A DNA stretch of 64,000 bases from Desulfuromonadales bacterium (GTDB lineage Bacteria > Desulfobacterota > Desulfuromonadia > Desulfuromonadales > JAWOCM01), in NCBI GenBank assembly GCA_046483795.1, contig JAWOCM010000059.1, positions 1,964 through 65,963 on the forward strand, read 5' to 3'. Below, in pieces: positions 62,800 through 64,000 of the stretch. The notes under the pieces were generated by a model. That model was not told the origin of the DNA, made no database searches, and saw only the letters and a program-made list of their open reading frames with translations. Numbering within the stretch: the stretch's first letter is position 1; each line of letters begins with the position of its first letter. The translations under genes were made by a program, and so were the position numbers.

Positions 62800-63125
62800 T
62801 GACGCTGGCCACCCTGAGCGCCTTTCTGCTTCTCGTGGCCGGCGCCATCCATTCCTACAGCTTCATGTGCCGCAAACTCCCATCGGAGCGGCAGCCACGG
62901 AGCTACCCCAAAAAACGTGGCGGCCAGTTCTTGCTCGACACGCTCTGGGTGCTCATTTTCTTCGCGGGCATCCAGCTGGCCTTCATCCTGTCAATGAAAC
63001 TCGGCCTCGTTGCAGCGCTCGTCTACTTCATCGCCCTGCCCTTCGCTTACCAGCCTATGATTGCCAGGATCATAGGATTCGACGGGCTCAAGGACTATAT
63101 CGAGTACCTTCAGCACCGTCACTGA
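62799..63125 (+). CDS. Small (108 aa) integral membrane protein, function unknown
   Basis: MTLATLSAFLLLVAGAIHSY..FLLDTLWVLIFFAGIQLAFILSMKLGLVAALVYFIALPF, giving about 3 TM helices. Its ATG overlaps the rlmD stop (TGATG). It lies inside the longer track ORF 62358..63125. Confidence 0.55.
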   Translation: MTLATLSAFLLLVAGAIHSYSFMCRKLPSERQPRSYPKKRGGQFLLDTLWVLIFFAGIQLAFILSMKLGLVAALVYFIALPFAYQPMIARIIGFDGLKDYIEYLQHRH

Positions 63126-63331
63126 TCCTCCAGTTCCTCCAACCTCTGCGCCGCTCGTTCGGCATAGGGCGAGTCGGGGTGCTCCTCGAGAATCTTCCGG
63201 TACAGACTCCGGGCATGATCCAGGTTGAACTGCTGCTCTTCGAACTGTGCCGTCTCATAAAGCTCTTCGGCTCCCTTGCCGCAACCGGCCAGCATCAGCA
63301 CGGCCAGAACGATCAGCAATAGCTTTTTCAT
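63119..63331 (-). CDS. Small lipoprotein with a TPR-like helical hairpin
   Basis: Starts at ATG 63331 with a GGAG SD: MKKLLLIVLAVLMLAGCGKG (LAGC lipobox), then AEELYETAQFEEQQFNLDHARSLYRKILEEHPDSPYAERAAQRLEEL. The track ORF to 63394 is an upstream extension. Confidence 0.65.
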   Translation of the reverse strand: MKKLLLIVLAVLMLAGCGKGAEELYETAQFEEQQFNLDHARSLYRKILEEHPDSPYAERAAQRLEELEDQ

Positions 63332-63449
63332 AATCCGGACTCCTTCATGTAGCGGCATTGAATGGACAGGTGCATTGATGAACGCTGCTTGCATTTCTCC
63401 TCATAAGAAATTATAGTATGACGAACTTTTCGAGAAAAGGGAATCGTCA

Positions 63450-64000
63450 ATGGAAACACTCGACTGCCGCGGTCAGAAATGTCCAAGCCCTGTGGTGGAA
63501 ACCCGCAAAAGGCTGAAGGAAACTCCCATTCAGTCGCTTCAGGTCCTGGTGGGGGATACGACCGCGAGGGAGAATGTCAGTCGTCTGGCGCGCAGTCAGG
63601 GGTACGACGTGGCCGTCTCTGAAACCGACGGCGGATTCGCCATCGACCTCGTGGCCGGCGGCTCCCCGAAGGCCCATCCTCAGGAGGAAACGGTCAGGGG
63701 AAAAACGATCATTTTCTTCGGATCGAATGAAATGGGAAGCGGAGACGCCGATCTCGGAAAGGTCCTGATGAAGAACTTCGTCTTCACCCTGCAGGATACG
63801 GAGACGACGCCCGATGCCCTTTATTTTGTCAACGCCGGCGTCATGCTGACCGTAAAGGGCTCCACGGTCCTCGAACCACTCGAAGAATTGGCCAGCCGCG
63901 GAGTCGACATCGCCTCATGCGGCCTGTGCCTGGAATATTTCGACCTCAAAGACAAACTGGCCGTCGGCCGGTCCACCAACATGCTCGAGATCGCCGAAGA
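63450..64000 (+). CDS. yedF: YedF-like sulfurtransferase-type selenium-metabolism protein (TusA/SirA domain fused to DsrE-like domain); 3' end beyond the window
   Basis: Not in the track because there is no stop in the window. Hand translation gives METLDCRGQKCPSPVVETRKRLKE (the TusA CPxP motif)..VLVGDTTARENVSRLARSQGYDV.. then KTIIFFGSNEMGSGDADLGKVLMKNFVFTL..ALYFVNAGVMLTVKGS..ASCGLCLEYFDL, which is DsrE-like. Confidence 0.7.
   Translation, partial: METLDCRGQKCPSPVVETRKRLKETPIQSLQVLVGDTTARENVSRLARSQGYDVAVSETDGGFAIDLVAGGSPKAHPQEETVRGKTIIFFGSNEMGSGDADLGKVLMKNFVFTLQDTETTPDALYFVNAGVMLTVKGSTVLEPLEELASRGVDIASCGLCLEYFDLKDKLAVGRSTNMLEIAE

Overview
This 64-kb window is a core housekeeping segment of a chromosome, coded almost entirely on the minus strand. 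Protein sequences and gene order (for example the lysC-cimA pair) suggest a Desulfuromonadales/Geobacter-like deltaproteobacterium; that assignment is inference. I call 77 protein genes and 6 tRNAs.

Left to right:
- a partial 2-oxoacid dehydrogenase E1-alpha gene
- a FadB/FadJ-like gene (plus strand)
- an unlisted 51-aa zinc-ribbon ORF
- comEA-like, cimA, lysC
- tsaE, CBS, nnr, acpS, pdxJ, glmM, cdaR, cdaA, folP, ftsH, tilS
- tRNA-Met and tRNA-fMet
- a SPOR protein and argS
- ftsB and a second comEA-like gene
- lptD, folC, accD
- a split trp operon (trpE-G-D-C-trpB2-trpF-trpB, then three unrelated genes, then trpA)
- the complete alpha, spc and S10 ribosomal-protein operons (rplQ through rpsJ, with secY-adk-map), directly preceded by tuf and a Thr-Tyr-Gly-Thr tRNA cluster
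- rlmB, pyrF, a DUF4388-like protein, proS, a Dabb protein, a DUF1015-like protein and ispG
- plus-strand rlmD and a small membrane protein, a minus-strand lipoprotein, and a partial YedF-like gene

I found no CRISPR array, IS element, integrase, prophage, toxin-antitoxin pair or recognisable defence gene. I cannot honestly support a claim of a novel multi-gene system here.

The best leads are modest:
- a 23-bp perfect-arm hairpin that sequesters the 3' end of a tRNA(CAU) just upstream of tilS
- terminator-like leaders in front of lysC and ispG
- a trp operon that contains trpB2 and is interrupted between trpB and trpA
- a tufB-type tRNA leader fused to the S10 operon
- several proteins of unknown function (DUF4388-like, DUF1015-like plus Dabb, the small zinc ribbon)

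All product calls rest on reading the translated ORFs by eye. No database search was run.
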